A stretch of DNA of 64,000 nucleotides from Patescibacteria group bacterium (GTDB taxonomy: Bacteria > Patescibacteriota > Saccharimonadia > Saccharimonadales > VXPC01). The notes below the pieces were generated by a model, which did no database searches, had not been told where the DNA came from, and saw nothing but the letters and a program-made list of their open reading frames with translations. Position numbers and translations under genes: made by a program. Positions 7,594-16,977 of the stretch are shown here, piece by piece (the first letter of the stretch is position 1; each line of letters opens with the position of its first letter). The stretch covers positions 3,528 through 67,527 of the forward strand of contig JBCCHY010000001.1 of the NCBI GenBank assembly GCA_039028495.1. Direction: 5' to 3'.

Positions 7594-10074
7594 CTATACT
7601 CTTACACCTTCTGCTAGTCTTCGCTGCTCAGCCTGGAGTCTTTCTACCCAGTCTTTTTTAGAAACTGACAGATCTGGTTCAACCCCTAGAATATCAGCGA
7701 TTTCTGTTATGCCAAGAGAGCTTGGGCTTGGTGCCGCGAGTATCCTTTCGGCTCGTGCCTGGTCCTCTAGTCTTGCCTGATTTGCTTGGCGCCTCGCCTC
7801 TGTAGCAGCATCATGCTCAGTGTTGTGTTCCGCCTGACGAGCAAGCCACTCAGCTGCTTCATCAGCTATGCTAGTATCTGGTTCTGTGGGGTTTTCACGT
7901 GCCTGAGCTGTAGGCCTGTCAACTTCTTTGGTTTGAGGCTCAAGGGAATCACGCATGGCATCAAGACGGGACGATAGATCCTGGGCTTTTTCTCTAAACT
8001 CCTCTTGGCTCAGAGGCTTGTGCCCCTGGCTAACCTCAGCGCTGCCGTTTTGTGTTGCAGCCCTCGCTTCGACTACGTGGTCGACCAGGGATGTGGATAG
8101 CTTCTGTAGTGGAGATGACTCACCATTTCCTGAATTTTCGGGTCTTCCTCCTACCAGTGCCTTAAAGTGACCACTACTAGGAGTCTGCTGTTCCTTGTGG
8201 TCGGATCCTCCTTCGTTTAGTGGAGTTTCTAACTCTTCTGCGGAGTCTGATTCACCAACGGTTACTACAGGTACCTCTCCACTGACTCTTTCCATGAACC
8301 CGCCAAATGTCTCGTTTGAGGAAATCACAGGTTCTTCGTTATGAGAGTTGGGAGCTAGTCCGTTCGAGTGAGTACCTGCAACCCGACCTGCTTCATTGGT
8401 AGCTGACAGAACACTTGCACTCTGCTCAGCTTCTGTCCAATCGTCAGGATTGTACAGAGTGGTTAGACCTATAAAGGCCTTCGTGTCTTCAGCTGTGGGT
8501 GTCCATGACTCCTGATCAGCAAAGGGATCGACTATAGCTGGGACGACTTCATCCGCACTTCCTGCAGGAACTGCCTGTGTATCGTCTACAGAACCGGGAT
8601 GCGCTTCAATATCAGTCATCCAGACTATCTCGCCTGATGGCATGTCTGGGTTGGTGTTGTAGATAGGGGTGTCTAATGGCGGTAATTGAGGAGCCTCGCT
8701 GCTAGCCTGCCTCCCAGCGCCGAGCGCAAGTATACCAAGAGGTTGGTGCACACTTGCTGCTCTAACCGATCTGTCTGCTGCAATCAGCTCTTGAGCTACC
8801 TCAGGGCCGTAAGCATGAAGAAGTGCCCTAAGGCTGTCTCTCTGACTCGGTTCAGGCTCTATGGTCTCATCTAAATCGTCCGCTGTCTCCGCGGCTGCTT
8901 GCAATGCTAGCTGCGTTTCTGCGTTGTGATCAGCGTACACCCTAGCCCCTCTGCCGTCATCAATAACTACGCCTTCTCGCTCGGCTAGCTGATCATCAGT
9001 TAGCTCTTCGGCTTTCTGAGGGCCTAGGCCTAAAGCCTTTGCCATTTCTGTGGCAATTTGCGGTCCCATGCCTAGCCCTTCGTCGTTATATATTGCGGTT
9101 AGTTCATGGTGCGTGCCGTACATAGGATCATCGCGCATAAGTATCGCCGGAGGCTTGTATGACCACTCTTCGTCGCCTGAAGGGTTTTTGTCTCCAATCT
9201 TACCTTTGTCATGATCTGGTTCTGCAGATAAATCCATGCCTGGCTCATTCGTGAAACTTTCGGTTGCTCCTCCAGGCTGAGGTGCTACTTTAGGTCTAAC
9301 AACAGTCGGAGTTGCTACTTCAGGGGCAGGTGTTGGTTCAACCCCCTCAGTTGACGAGTAGACTTCTGCAGGAGAGGTGGTGTCTACTACGCCTTGAACA
9401 GACTGCCCAGGTGCGGTTTCCTTTGCTTCTTTCTTTCGCCTGAGGCGGAATCTTCTGCGCTTATTCGGTGTCGAGCCATCTTTTGTAGACTCTGGGGCCT
9501 GAGTAGTTTGACTATTTCCGTTTGGAGCTGGAGCATCAGCAGAGAGAAAAACCACATCTCTTTTTTCGCCAGTTACTGGGTCCTTAACTGTTCTGGTTAC
9601 GGTGCCGGTATCAGATGGAAGCCTATAATCATGGCTAGTGGGTCCGTCGATATCAGCCAGGGTCCTACTAGCCACACTACCAGTGTCACTGCTTTCAGTG
9701 GCTGCCCCTATCATAGAAGTAGCACCGTCAGAACCAAGATGCTTTACTGCCCACTCGTTATTCCCTGGACCAAAAGGAGTCGTAGCCCTATGCATCTCAG
9801 CTCGCCTAGCGTCTTCCACTTCAACTTTCTTGAGCCGTTCAGCGAGATCTCTGTCTGCTTTATCTACGGTTTTATGAAGATCTGCAAGTTCCGCCTTAAG
9901 CTCTTCCGCTCTGGCAGATGCGTCATCTCGAACCTTCTTGATATCCGCACCGACTCTTTTTCCTATATTAGCCGACACTGCTCTGCTGTCAGTTCCTATA
10001 TGTTGTACGCGCTGCTCTCCGTCAGATTCACTGATTACAAAATTTGGGGGTCTATTTCTTCTTCCGAATCGCAT
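7594..10074 (-). CDS. Large acidic, low-complexity (likely disordered) hypothetical protein
   Basis: 826-aa ORF rich in D/E/P/T/A with an N-terminal coiled coil and a basic patch (KRRRFRLRRKK). Upstream promoter is TTGACA-17-TAAATT. Confidence 0.8.
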   Translation of the reverse strand: MRFGRRNRPPNFVISESDGEQRVQHIGTDSRAVSANIGKRVGADIKKVRDDASARAEELKAELADLHKTVDKADRDLAERLKKVEVEDARRAEMHRATTPFGPGNNEWAVKHLGSDGATSMIGAATESSDTGSVASRTLADIDGPTSHDYRLPSDTGTVTRTVKDPVTGEKRDVVFLSADAPAPNGNSQTTQAPESTKDGSTPNKRRRFRLRRKKEAKETAPGQSVQGVVDTTSPAEVYSSTEGVEPTPAPEVATPTVVRPKVAPQPGGATESFTNEPGMDLSAEPDHDKGKIGDKNPSGDEEWSYKPPAILMRDDPMYGTHHELTAIYNDEGLGMGPQIATEMAKALGLGPQKAEELTDDQLAEREGVVIDDGRGARVYADHNAETQLALQAAAETADDLDETIEPEPSQRDSLRALLHAYGPEVAQELIAADRSVRAASVHQPLGILALGAGRQASSEAPQLPPLDTPIYNTNPDMPSGEIVWMTDIEAHPGSVDDTQAVPAGSADEVVPAIVDPFADQESWTPTAEDTKAFIGLTTLYNPDDWTEAEQSASVLSATNEAGRVAGTHSNGLAPNSHNEEPVISSNETFGGFMERVSGEVPVVTVGESDSAEELETPLNEGGSDHKEQQTPSSGHFKALVGGRPENSGNGESSPLQKLSTSLVDHVVEARAATQNGSAEVSQGHKPLSQEEFREKAQDLSSRLDAMRDSLEPQTKEVDRPTAQARENPTEPDTSIADEAAEWLARQAEHNTEHDAATEARRQANQARLEDQARAERILAAPSPSSLGITEIADILGVEPDLSVSKKDWVERLQAEQRRLAEGVRV

Positions 10075-10240
10075 GGCTATAACTTCTTCGTTTGTTGCTT
10101 ACTATTTAGTTTTTTTATTTTTGTGCTTAATGCTTAACAAATTTAGCAGAAATTCTTCGTTTTGTCAATACTTAAAGCTACAATTACTCTACTTTGTCAA
10201 TAGCTAGAAATACATTCAAGCGCTGTATAATAGCAAATCT

Positions 10241-11317
10241 ATGCTGGTGCTAGGAATCGAAACAAGTTGTGATGAAACAAGTGTTGGAGTCGTCCGAGAC
10301 GGTAGGGAGCTGTTGTCCAACTCCGTACTCAGCCAGATAGATATCCATGCCGAATATGGTGGTATCGTTCCTGAGATAGCTGCCAGAAGCCATCTAGAAG
10401 CAATGAACCCGATGATAGAGCAGGCCCTCAAAGAGGCTGATGTAGCCTGGAACGATATAGATGCCATCGGCGTCACCTACGGCGCTGGGTTATCTGGATC
10501 GCTACTGATAGGAGCGACTACAGCTAGGGTGCTAGCTATTGTTAAGGACAAGCCGCTGTATGCGTGTAATCATGTGGAGGGACATGTTTACGCAAACTAC
10601 CTGACTTCTTATGAGTCACCCGAGATAAGAGACGGCCGGCCGGCTTTGCCGTCGAGACAGCCTGCGTTCCCGCTGCTTGCGCTGATTGTGTCAGGTAAGC
10701 ACAGCCAGTTGGTTCTTTTTAGAGATCACGGTGACTATGATCTGCTAGGTCAAGCGCAAGATGACGCTATTGGCGAGGCATTCGACAAGGTCGCCCGCAT
10801 ACTCGGACTTCCCTACCCCGGTGGGCCGTCGATCGCCAAGATTGCGACAGATGGTGACCCAGACAAATATACTCTGCCTATCTCTAGGATAGCTGGCGAC
10901 TATAACTTTAGCTTCTCTGGGATCAAGACAGCCGTCCTGAGGCTCTGCCAGGGGCTAGCTGGTGGTGATCACGCTATGCCTAGTTTTGAGATAGCACAGC
11001 ACCTCTCAGAAGTTCAAAAAGCAGATGTCGCTGCCTCATTCCAAAAAACTGCCGTGAAAACAGTAGTCGATAAAACAATCAAAGCCTACGAAGAATTCCA
11101 ACCCAAGGACGTCGTAATAGCCGGGGGGGTCGCTGCTAGCCAAGAGTTACGAGCACAACTTACTGAGCGCCTACCGATAGATATCCAGTACGCACCGATT
11201 GGGCTATGTACAGATAATGGAGCCATGATCGCCTGTCTCTGCTGCCATCAAATCATGAACGAGATGGACCCCGCTGATCCCTACACACTGGGCATCAACC
11301 CTAGTCTCTCTATGTAG
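10241..11317 (+). CDS. tsaD: tRNA N6-threonylcarbamoyladenosine transferase TsaD
   Basis: LGIETSCDET, GGIVPEIAARSH, NHVEGH, DDAIGEAFDKVAR, FSFSGIKT and CTDNGAMIA motifs. Confidence 0.97.
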   Translation: MLVLGIETSCDETSVGVVRDGRELLSNSVLSQIDIHAEYGGIVPEIAARSHLEAMNPMIEQALKEADVAWNDIDAIGVTYGAGLSGSLLIGATTARVLAIVKDKPLYACNHVEGHVYANYLTSYESPEIRDGRPALPSRQPAFPLLALIVSGKHSQLVLFRDHGDYDLLGQAQDDAIGEAFDKVARILGLPYPGGPSIAKIATDGDPDKYTLPISRIAGDYNFSFSGIKTAVLRLCQGLAGGDHAMPSFEIAQHLSEVQKADVAASFQKTAVKTVVDKTIKAYEEFQPKDVVIAGGVAASQELRAQLTERLPIDIQYAPIGLCTDNGAMIACLCCHQIMNEMDPADPYTLGINPSLSM

Positions 11318-11517
11318 CTAAACCGCAGGTTTAAAGATCTATTAAAAAGCATCTCCCGTTCTTGTCTGTTGGTACAATATAGCAACCAAAACAAACACGT
11401 GAATCTGGAAACACTGTAGCTGGGCACCCTACAAGGAGTCTTATTTGTCTTTCACGTGGATTACAATTTAATTAACTTTCACAAAATTAGCTCCTGCCGC
11501 CGTGCTAAACTAGCGTC

Positions 11518-11571
11518 ATGTTCAGACGAGTTTTCATAACTGTGTACGTCGTAGTCCCCTGCGGGGCTTAA
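11518..11571 (+). CDS. Putative Val-rich leader peptide of valS (MFRRVFITVYVVVPCGA)
   Basis: 17-codon ORF with 5 Val codons (V-Y-V-V-V cluster). Extended -10 TGcTAAACT lies 6 nt before the ATG, a GC hairpin sits at 11553-11568, and the ORF ends 58 nt before valS. Confidence 0.65.
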   Translation: MFRRVFITVYVVVPCGA

Positions 11572-11629
11572 CTTTCTCCTTATTTAGATTTACAATACAA
11601 CTTAAGACTTATGAAACAGAGGTAATAAC

Positions 11630-14128
11630 ATGGGTTTTGATAAAACTTACGACCCAGGCAAATATGAGGATGGGCTATATGCACAGTGGGAGGACGCAGG
11701 AGTGTTCAAACCGCAGACTAAAGACGCTGCAAAAGAACCCTTCACAATAATCATGCCACCACCCAATGCCAACGGCAGCCTGCATGCTGGACACGCCGTG
11801 GGCTATACCCTGGAAGACATAATTACCAGATACAAGCGCGCGCAGGGCCACCCTACTCTCTGGCAGCCAGGCACTGACCATGCCGGTATTGAAACGCAGT
11901 TCGTATACGAAAAAAGGCTCAAAGAACAGGGCCTGACTAGGTTTGATCTAGGGCGTGAGGAGTTTTACAAACAAGTCGAAGAATTCACGCGTAGCTCGCA
12001 GGACAATATCCTAAACCAGTTTCGCTCCATGGGCTTTAGCGCTGACTGGTCCAGGCTGAAATTCACACTAGATCAGGACGTCATCGACACAGTTTATGAA
12101 ACATTCAAACAGATGCACAAGGATGGCCATATATACAGAGGTAGACGTATTGTTAACTGGTGTCCTAACTGCCATGCAGCCTTTGCAGATATCGAAGTTG
12201 AGAGAGAAGAGCGAGAGGATCCATTCTACACGTTCAAATATGGTCCGTTTGAGATAGGTACAGCCAGACCCGAGACTAAGTTCGGTGATAAATACGTCGT
12301 CATGCACCCAGATGACGAGCGCTATTCCGACTACAAACACGGGGATACATTCGAGACGGAGTGGATTAACGGCCCAATCACTGCCACAGTTATTAAGGAC
12401 GAGGCTATAGATATGAAGTTTGGTACCGGTGCTATGACTATCACCCCGTGGCATGACGCAACAGACTTTGAAATAGCCGAAAGACACAACCTAGACAAGC
12501 AGCAAATCATAGACGAAAACGGCAATCTGCTGGAGATAGCCGAGGAATTTACCGGCATGCCAATAACTGAAGCTAGGGACAAAATCGTCGAGAAACTTGA
12601 GCGCAAAGGATTGCTCGTCAAAACAGAGTCAAAGGTTCACGCTGTAGCCCTACACGACCGATGTAAAAACATGATCGAGCCGCAGATCAGCCTGCAGTGG
12701 TTCGTACGTATGGCAGAGCTCAACAAACCAGTACTGGAAGCATTCGAGAACGACCTGAACGTCTACCCTGCCCGCTTCAAAAAAATCGCCACCAACTGGC
12801 TAGAAAACGAGCACGACTGGTGTATTTCGAGAGGCACCTGGTGGGGCATAACCATCCCTGTCTACTACCGCTTGGACTCCGCCGACAGCTCGCTTGACGA
12901 ATACATCATCGCCTTCACAGAGCAGGAAGCAATCGACTATTACGGCGAGGATAATTACCAGGCAGAGACAGATACGTTTGATACTTGGTATAGCTCTGGT
13001 CAGTGGCCCTATGCCACGCTGCAAAGCACCGTCGATGATTTCGATGCGTTCTACCCTACTAGCCTGATGGGTACAGCCAAAGAGATCCTGCACAAATGGG
13101 TTACGCGCATGGTGATGTTCAGTCTCTACAGGCACGGCAAAGTGCCCTTCCGCGATATCTATCTCTGGGGCCTCGTAACAGATGAGCACGGCGCCAAAAT
13201 GAGTAAAAGCAAAGGTAATGTCCTCGACCCGCTAAAGCTGACTGCTAAATATGGCACTGACGCTCTACGATTCACTGCAGCTCTTACCAATACTCCCGGC
13301 AATGATTCGCCTCTAGGCGAGAACAAGGTGCTACCACAGCGCAATTTCTGCAATAAACTCTGGAACATTGCACGGTTTATTGATGGCATGGAGGACGGCA
13401 GTGAAGACCCAGCACCAATATCTAGTGCTGACCACTGGATATGTCAGCAGTTCAACACCAGACAGGCCGCTATCGACAAGGCGATGTCTACATACCGTCT
13501 GAATGAAGCGGCTTACGAGCTCTACCACTACATCTGGGATGACCTAGCAGACTGGTATCTGGAGGCTAGTAAAGCCGTCCCGAATCCGGCTCTGCTCAAA
13601 GAGATCCTCAGGCGCACACTAGTGCTAGCGCACCCTTTCATGCCATTCATTACAGAAGCTATCTGGCAAAATACCGGTGAGCCGAGTCTGCTCGCCTCTG
13701 ACCCATGGCCTGAAGGCTTTGCTACCAATGAAAATGCAGCAGAAAAGTTTGCCAGCATGCAGGGCATTGTTTCTGACCTAAGAGTTGCCGACAAACAGCT
13801 GGTGCTAGGCACCAGAGTCATTGGCGTATCCATGGATCTAACCCCAGAAGACGCTGCAGTCATCACCAAACTAACTCGCTTTGAGGTAGGGGAGGCCACC
13901 GGCATAACTCTCAGTCCGCTGGTGACGATCCAGGCCACACCACAAGAGGTAAAATCTTACGAAAAAGCCAAATCAGATAAAAAGAAATCTCTGCTGTCCC
14001 AGATAAAGTCCCTAGAAGCTCGTCTGGCAAATGAAAACTACGTAGCTAAAGCCCCTAAAGCACTAGTGGATGAAACTAAGTCCCAGCTAGAAACCCTCCG
14101 GTCTGAACTCGACTCGATCCAGTTTTAA
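11630..14128 (+). CDS. valS: Valine--tRNA ligase
   Basis: PPPNANGSLHAGH (HIGH), GTDHAGIETQ, DWCISR, KMSKSKGN and a C-terminal coiled coil (RLANENYVAKAP). Confidence 0.97.
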   Translation: MGFDKTYDPGKYEDGLYAQWEDAGVFKPQTKDAAKEPFTIIMPPPNANGSLHAGHAVGYTLEDIITRYKRAQGHPTLWQPGTDHAGIETQFVYEKRLKEQGLTRFDLGREEFYKQVEEFTRSSQDNILNQFRSMGFSADWSRLKFTLDQDVIDTVYETFKQMHKDGHIYRGRRIVNWCPNCHAAFADIEVEREEREDPFYTFKYGPFEIGTARPETKFGDKYVVMHPDDERYSDYKHGDTFETEWINGPITATVIKDEAIDMKFGTGAMTITPWHDATDFEIAERHNLDKQQIIDENGNLLEIAEEFTGMPITEARDKIVEKLERKGLLVKTESKVHAVALHDRCKNMIEPQISLQWFVRMAELNKPVLEAFENDLNVYPARFKKIATNWLENEHDWCISRGTWWGITIPVYYRLDSADSSLDEYIIAFTEQEAIDYYGEDNYQAETDTFDTWYSSGQWPYATLQSTVDDFDAFYPTSLMGTAKEILHKWVTRMVMFSLYRHGKVPFRDIYLWGLVTDEHGAKMSKSKGNVLDPLKLTAKYGTDALRFTAALTNTPGNDSPLGENKVLPQRNFCNKLWNIARFIDGMEDGSEDPAPISSADHWICQQFNTRQAAIDKAMSTYRLNEAAYELYHYIWDDLADWYLEASKAVPNPALLKEILRRTLVLAHPFMPFITEAIWQNTGEPSLLASDPWPEGFATNENAAEKFASMQGIVSDLRVADKQLVLGTRVIGVSMDLTPEDAAVITKLTRFEVGEATGITLSPLVTIQATPQEVKSYEKAKSDKKKSLLSQIKSLEARLANENYVAKAPKALVDETKSQLETLRSELDSIQF

Positions 14129-14784
14129 ATCAGTTGGTACATTCGCCTGAAGCCATATACATCCTGCGGGTAGTCTATCGATGCTCCTCTGTTAAGCTCT
14201 TCTGTCGTTTCCAGCATACGAGCGATCCTCCTCGTTAGCTCCATACCCTTAGATGACTTTTCAATAGATTCGACCACATGCGAGCGCAATCGCTTGATCT
14301 CAAATGGTCCAATACTTGGTAAAAACAAACCAGAAATATAATCAATGACATTTGGTTCAAGTCTTAAGTTCTCAGGATTCTTTACGCAAGTATCAATCTT
14401 ATCTAACAGGTTCTGTTCCGTGATGGAAAAGACATTCAAGCCAGTAAATCGATCATCACCCTCGGTTCTCCGTACATGACTAGTGAAACCATCATCCATA
14501 TTAAAAAGCCAGGACACGCCAAGCATCCCTGTGACCATTGTTCTCGTATAAATGAAACAATCCAGGTCACTCCCCCGCCTACATCTACCTTTTACACTTG
14601 AGCCGAACACTGTAGCTGCAACGATATCAATCCCGTAATTATCTAGATCAACGAGATAGTTACGCAGTAATGAGGTTCTCTGTGCGGCCAAAGACCGGCC
14701 TCCCGAGACCTCGTCGTAAGGCGATGCCAGTTCAAACCGTCGATGCTCGTCTGGTGTAGACGTTGGGGATAGTTTTTCCGTCAT
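14125..14784 (-). CDS. Nucleotidyltransferase-domain (Pol beta/MNT-like) protein
   Basis: VFGSSVKG...GSDLDCF matches the hG[GS]x9-13DxD motif. Confidence 0.7.
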   Translation of the reverse strand: MTEKLSPTSTPDEHRRFELASPYDEVSGGRSLAAQRTSLLRNYLVDLDNYGIDIVAATVFGSSVKGRCRRGSDLDCFIYTRTMVTGMLGVSWLFNMDDGFTSHVRRTEGDDRFTGLNVFSITEQNLLDKIDTCVKNPENLRLEPNVIDYISGLFLPSIGPFEIKRLRSHVVESIEKSSKGMELTRRIARMLETTEELNRGASIDYPQDVYGFRRMYQLI

Positions 14785-14805
14785 ATCTAGAGACTAGCCC
14801 GTGCA

Positions 14806-15927
14806 TCAAGCTGAGTCGAGCATAAGCGATAAGGTATCGGGCTCTATGACTTGCTGCGAGGTAGGGGAGAGGTCATTAAATACCTGGCTTTCACGTACAT
14901 TTTTGCCGTCCCAGCTGATACGGTAGCCATGGATCTGCTGGCCGCGCTGCTCGACCAGATCTACCTCTGCACCGTCATAGCTACGCCAAAAATAATGCTG
15001 TGCGAGCTGCTGGCTGTACGTGGCAGCTTTTAGCCGTTCACTTATAACGAAGTTCTGCCACAACCTATCTGTATCCTGGCGCTGATCCAGCGGGGTGAAA
15101 TCCTCTAATAGGGCATTTCGTATACCGGTATCCCAGAAATATACTTTGTACGACCGGCGGATACTACCAGCCCTTGAGTAGGGCATCAGCGTATAAACAA
15201 TAAAGCTCTTAGTCAGCAGATCTATGTAGCGATCAATTGTGCGCCTATCAATACTGAGCTTAATGCTGGCGTCATTGATGCTGATTGTCTCGCCTATATT
15301 GCTGGCTAGATAGCGCAGTAGCGCCACGAGATCCCCGCTAGCACGTGCGCCTGTAACATCTAGCACGTCACGATATAGACTGCTCTCTGCTAGCTCCATC
15401 AGTGCGTCTAGCTTGTCTTGTGGATCATCCTCGTTCAAGACCTCTGGATATAGACCATAGAGCATGAGCTGATGCAGCTCCTGAGAGCTCTCTAGGCCCT
15501 CTGGTGCGTATTCTGGCAGCGAGATAGGGTAGAGCTCAAACACCCGCTTACGACCTGTCAGAGGCTCTGTGGTGCTATCGATGAGGTTAACTGTGGAGCT
15601 GCCTGTCAGGATGATCTGCTTGTCTTTGCCGTAGTGATCAACCATTGATTTTATAATGTCGCCGATTCTACTGACTTTGTGAGCCTCATCTATGAGCAGG
15701 CAGTCGTAATCAGCAATCAGCTCGAGAATCTCATGACCCTCCATCTTTGACAGCCTCTGCGCCTCGTAGTTATCGCCATTTAAGACCAGGGTTTTTCCGG
15801 CAGGGTAGAGAGCAAGCAGGTCTTTGGTCAAAGTCGTCTTGCCAACCTGGCGGGCGCCTATGAGTATGATGACCTTACCCTTGTTTAGCCGAGATGTAAT
15901 TAGGTCGAGTGTTTTTCTTAAAAACAT
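14806..15927 (-). CDS. AAA+ ATPase, AAA_14 + DUF4143 family
   Basis: GARQVGKTT, LIDEAH, ILTGSS, EPLTGR, YGLYPE, KVYFWDTGIRN and YFWRSYDGAEVDLV. Confidence 0.9.
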   Translation of the reverse strand: MFLRKTLDLITSRLNKGKVIILIGARQVGKTTLTKDLLALYPAGKTLVLNGDNYEAQRLSKMEGHEILELIADYDCLLIDEAHKVSRIGDIIKSMVDHYGKDKQIILTGSSTVNLIDSTTEPLTGRKRVFELYPISLPEYAPEGLESSQELHQLMLYGLYPEVLNEDDPQDKLDALMELAESSLYRDVLDVTGARASGDLVALLRYLASNIGETISINDASIKLSIDRRTIDRYIDLLTKSFIVYTLMPYSRAGSIRRSYKVYFWDTGIRNALLEDFTPLDQRQDTDRLWQNFVISERLKAATYSQQLAQHYFWRSYDGAEVDLVEQRGQQIHGYRISWDGKNVRESQVFNDLSPTSQQVIEPDTLSLMLDSA

Positions 15928-15951
15928 TGTCAAAGTTTATATTAAAAGCCT

Positions 15952-16011
15952 AATTTTGTACATATATGTTCAGTTTTAGATTAAACGGATGCCGAATTTT
16001 GTACGTATATG
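15952..16011. repeat. 17-bp direct repeat pair upstream of the AAA-DUF4143 gene (putative operator)
   Basis: aattttgtacatatatg (15952-15968) and aattttgtacgtatatg (15995-16011). Confidence 0.7.
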
Positions 16012-16012
16012 C

Positions 16013-16909
16013 CTAAAATTCGAGAGCTTGTTTGATGCGATCTACTGATTGCGTAGGTTGATAGTCGTCTAGCCACAGCACCTGCCAACCCATGCGCTCG
16101 GCCGCCATTAGGTTCGTCCGAGAGTCATCAACAAACAGTATCTCTTCTGCCTGGACACCAGAGCGCTCTGTTGCTAGCTGATAAATACTCGGCTCTGGTT
16201 TAATCGCGCCAACAACCGAGCTATCAATGACCGCACTATAGGCCAGACTAGGTAGTACGCCGCTGTTCATCATCTGGGTAATAAACCCGGGCATGATGTT
16301 ACTAAGCAGCCCGACTCGGTAATGTTCTGCAGCCCACTTCAGGCATTCCTGGACCTCTGATAGTGGCTCGATTGTGCTCATATAGTATTTCTGCCAATCG
16401 ATTGCATCTACCTTAATCCGGCTAGCCAATGCCCGGTTAAACTCATCCATGGTCATCTCACCACGACAGACAGCGTCATTGTAATGCCAAAAAGCCGTCT
16501 CGATAACGCTGGCCGATACATTCGTATCAGCGGCTAGTTGATTGAATGCCCCGTGGAAAAATCGTACAAGTACACCGTTAATGTCAAAGTAGATAAATCT
16601 GATGCCTGTTTTGGACGTTTTGTAGTCGACTACAGGTGCGCTCTCACGAGCTGCCTCGGTGAGAGGCTGCATACCAATGAGCTGTTCCACAGTGGTATTT
16701 GTGGCTTGGGCTATAATCGCTACAGTAAATACACTTGGTGTTTTTATTGCACCCCGTTCTATCTTGGCAAGTGTTGAATATGACAGTCCTGCTTTGATGC
16801 ATAGCTCCTGCTGGGTGAGTCCAACAGCTCGACGGGCATCACCGATAGATTTACCGAGCTCTTTTGTGTCTACCTGAGCACTACCAGGCGCTGATCCCAC
16901 ATTCGTCAT
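16013..16909 (-). CDS. XRE-family HTH fused to HAD-family phosphatase
   Basis: N-terminal RRAVGLTQQELC...SYSTLAKIERG. C-terminal FDINGVL, LLSN, KPEPSIY and FVDDSRTN (HAD motifs I-IV). Confidence 0.88.
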   Translation of the reverse strand: MTNVGSAPGSAQVDTKELGKSIGDARRAVGLTQQELCIKAGLSYSTLAKIERGAIKTPSVFTVAIIAQATNTTVEQLIGMQPLTEAARESAPVVDYKTSKTGIRFIYFDINGVLVRFFHGAFNQLAADTNVSASVIETAFWHYNDAVCRGEMTMDEFNRALASRIKVDAIDWQKYYMSTIEPLSEVQECLKWAAEHYRVGLLSNIMPGFITQMMNSGVLPSLAYSAVIDSSVVGAIKPEPSIYQLATERSGVQAEEILFVDDSRTNLMAAERMGWQVLWLDDYQPTQSVDRIKQALEF

Positions 16910-16977
16910 GCGATCTAGAATAGCATGATACTGCCAGCATCAACTAGCAAATTGACGCTTAGTGCTAGAATGGATGC

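Noticed and set aside
9394-10137. 247-aa plus-strand ORF
   Set aside because: It is an antisense shadow of the 826-aa gene, with no motifs and an atypical C/S/F-rich composition.
11320-11629. T-box riboswitch upstream of valS
   Set aside because: No T-box consensus (AANNNGGGTGGNACCRCG) or specifier stem is visible. A leader peptide explains the region better.
14125-14784. MNT-HEPN toxin-antitoxin system
   Set aside because: There is no adjacent HEPN (Rx4-6H) gene, and the NTase is longer than a minimal MNT.
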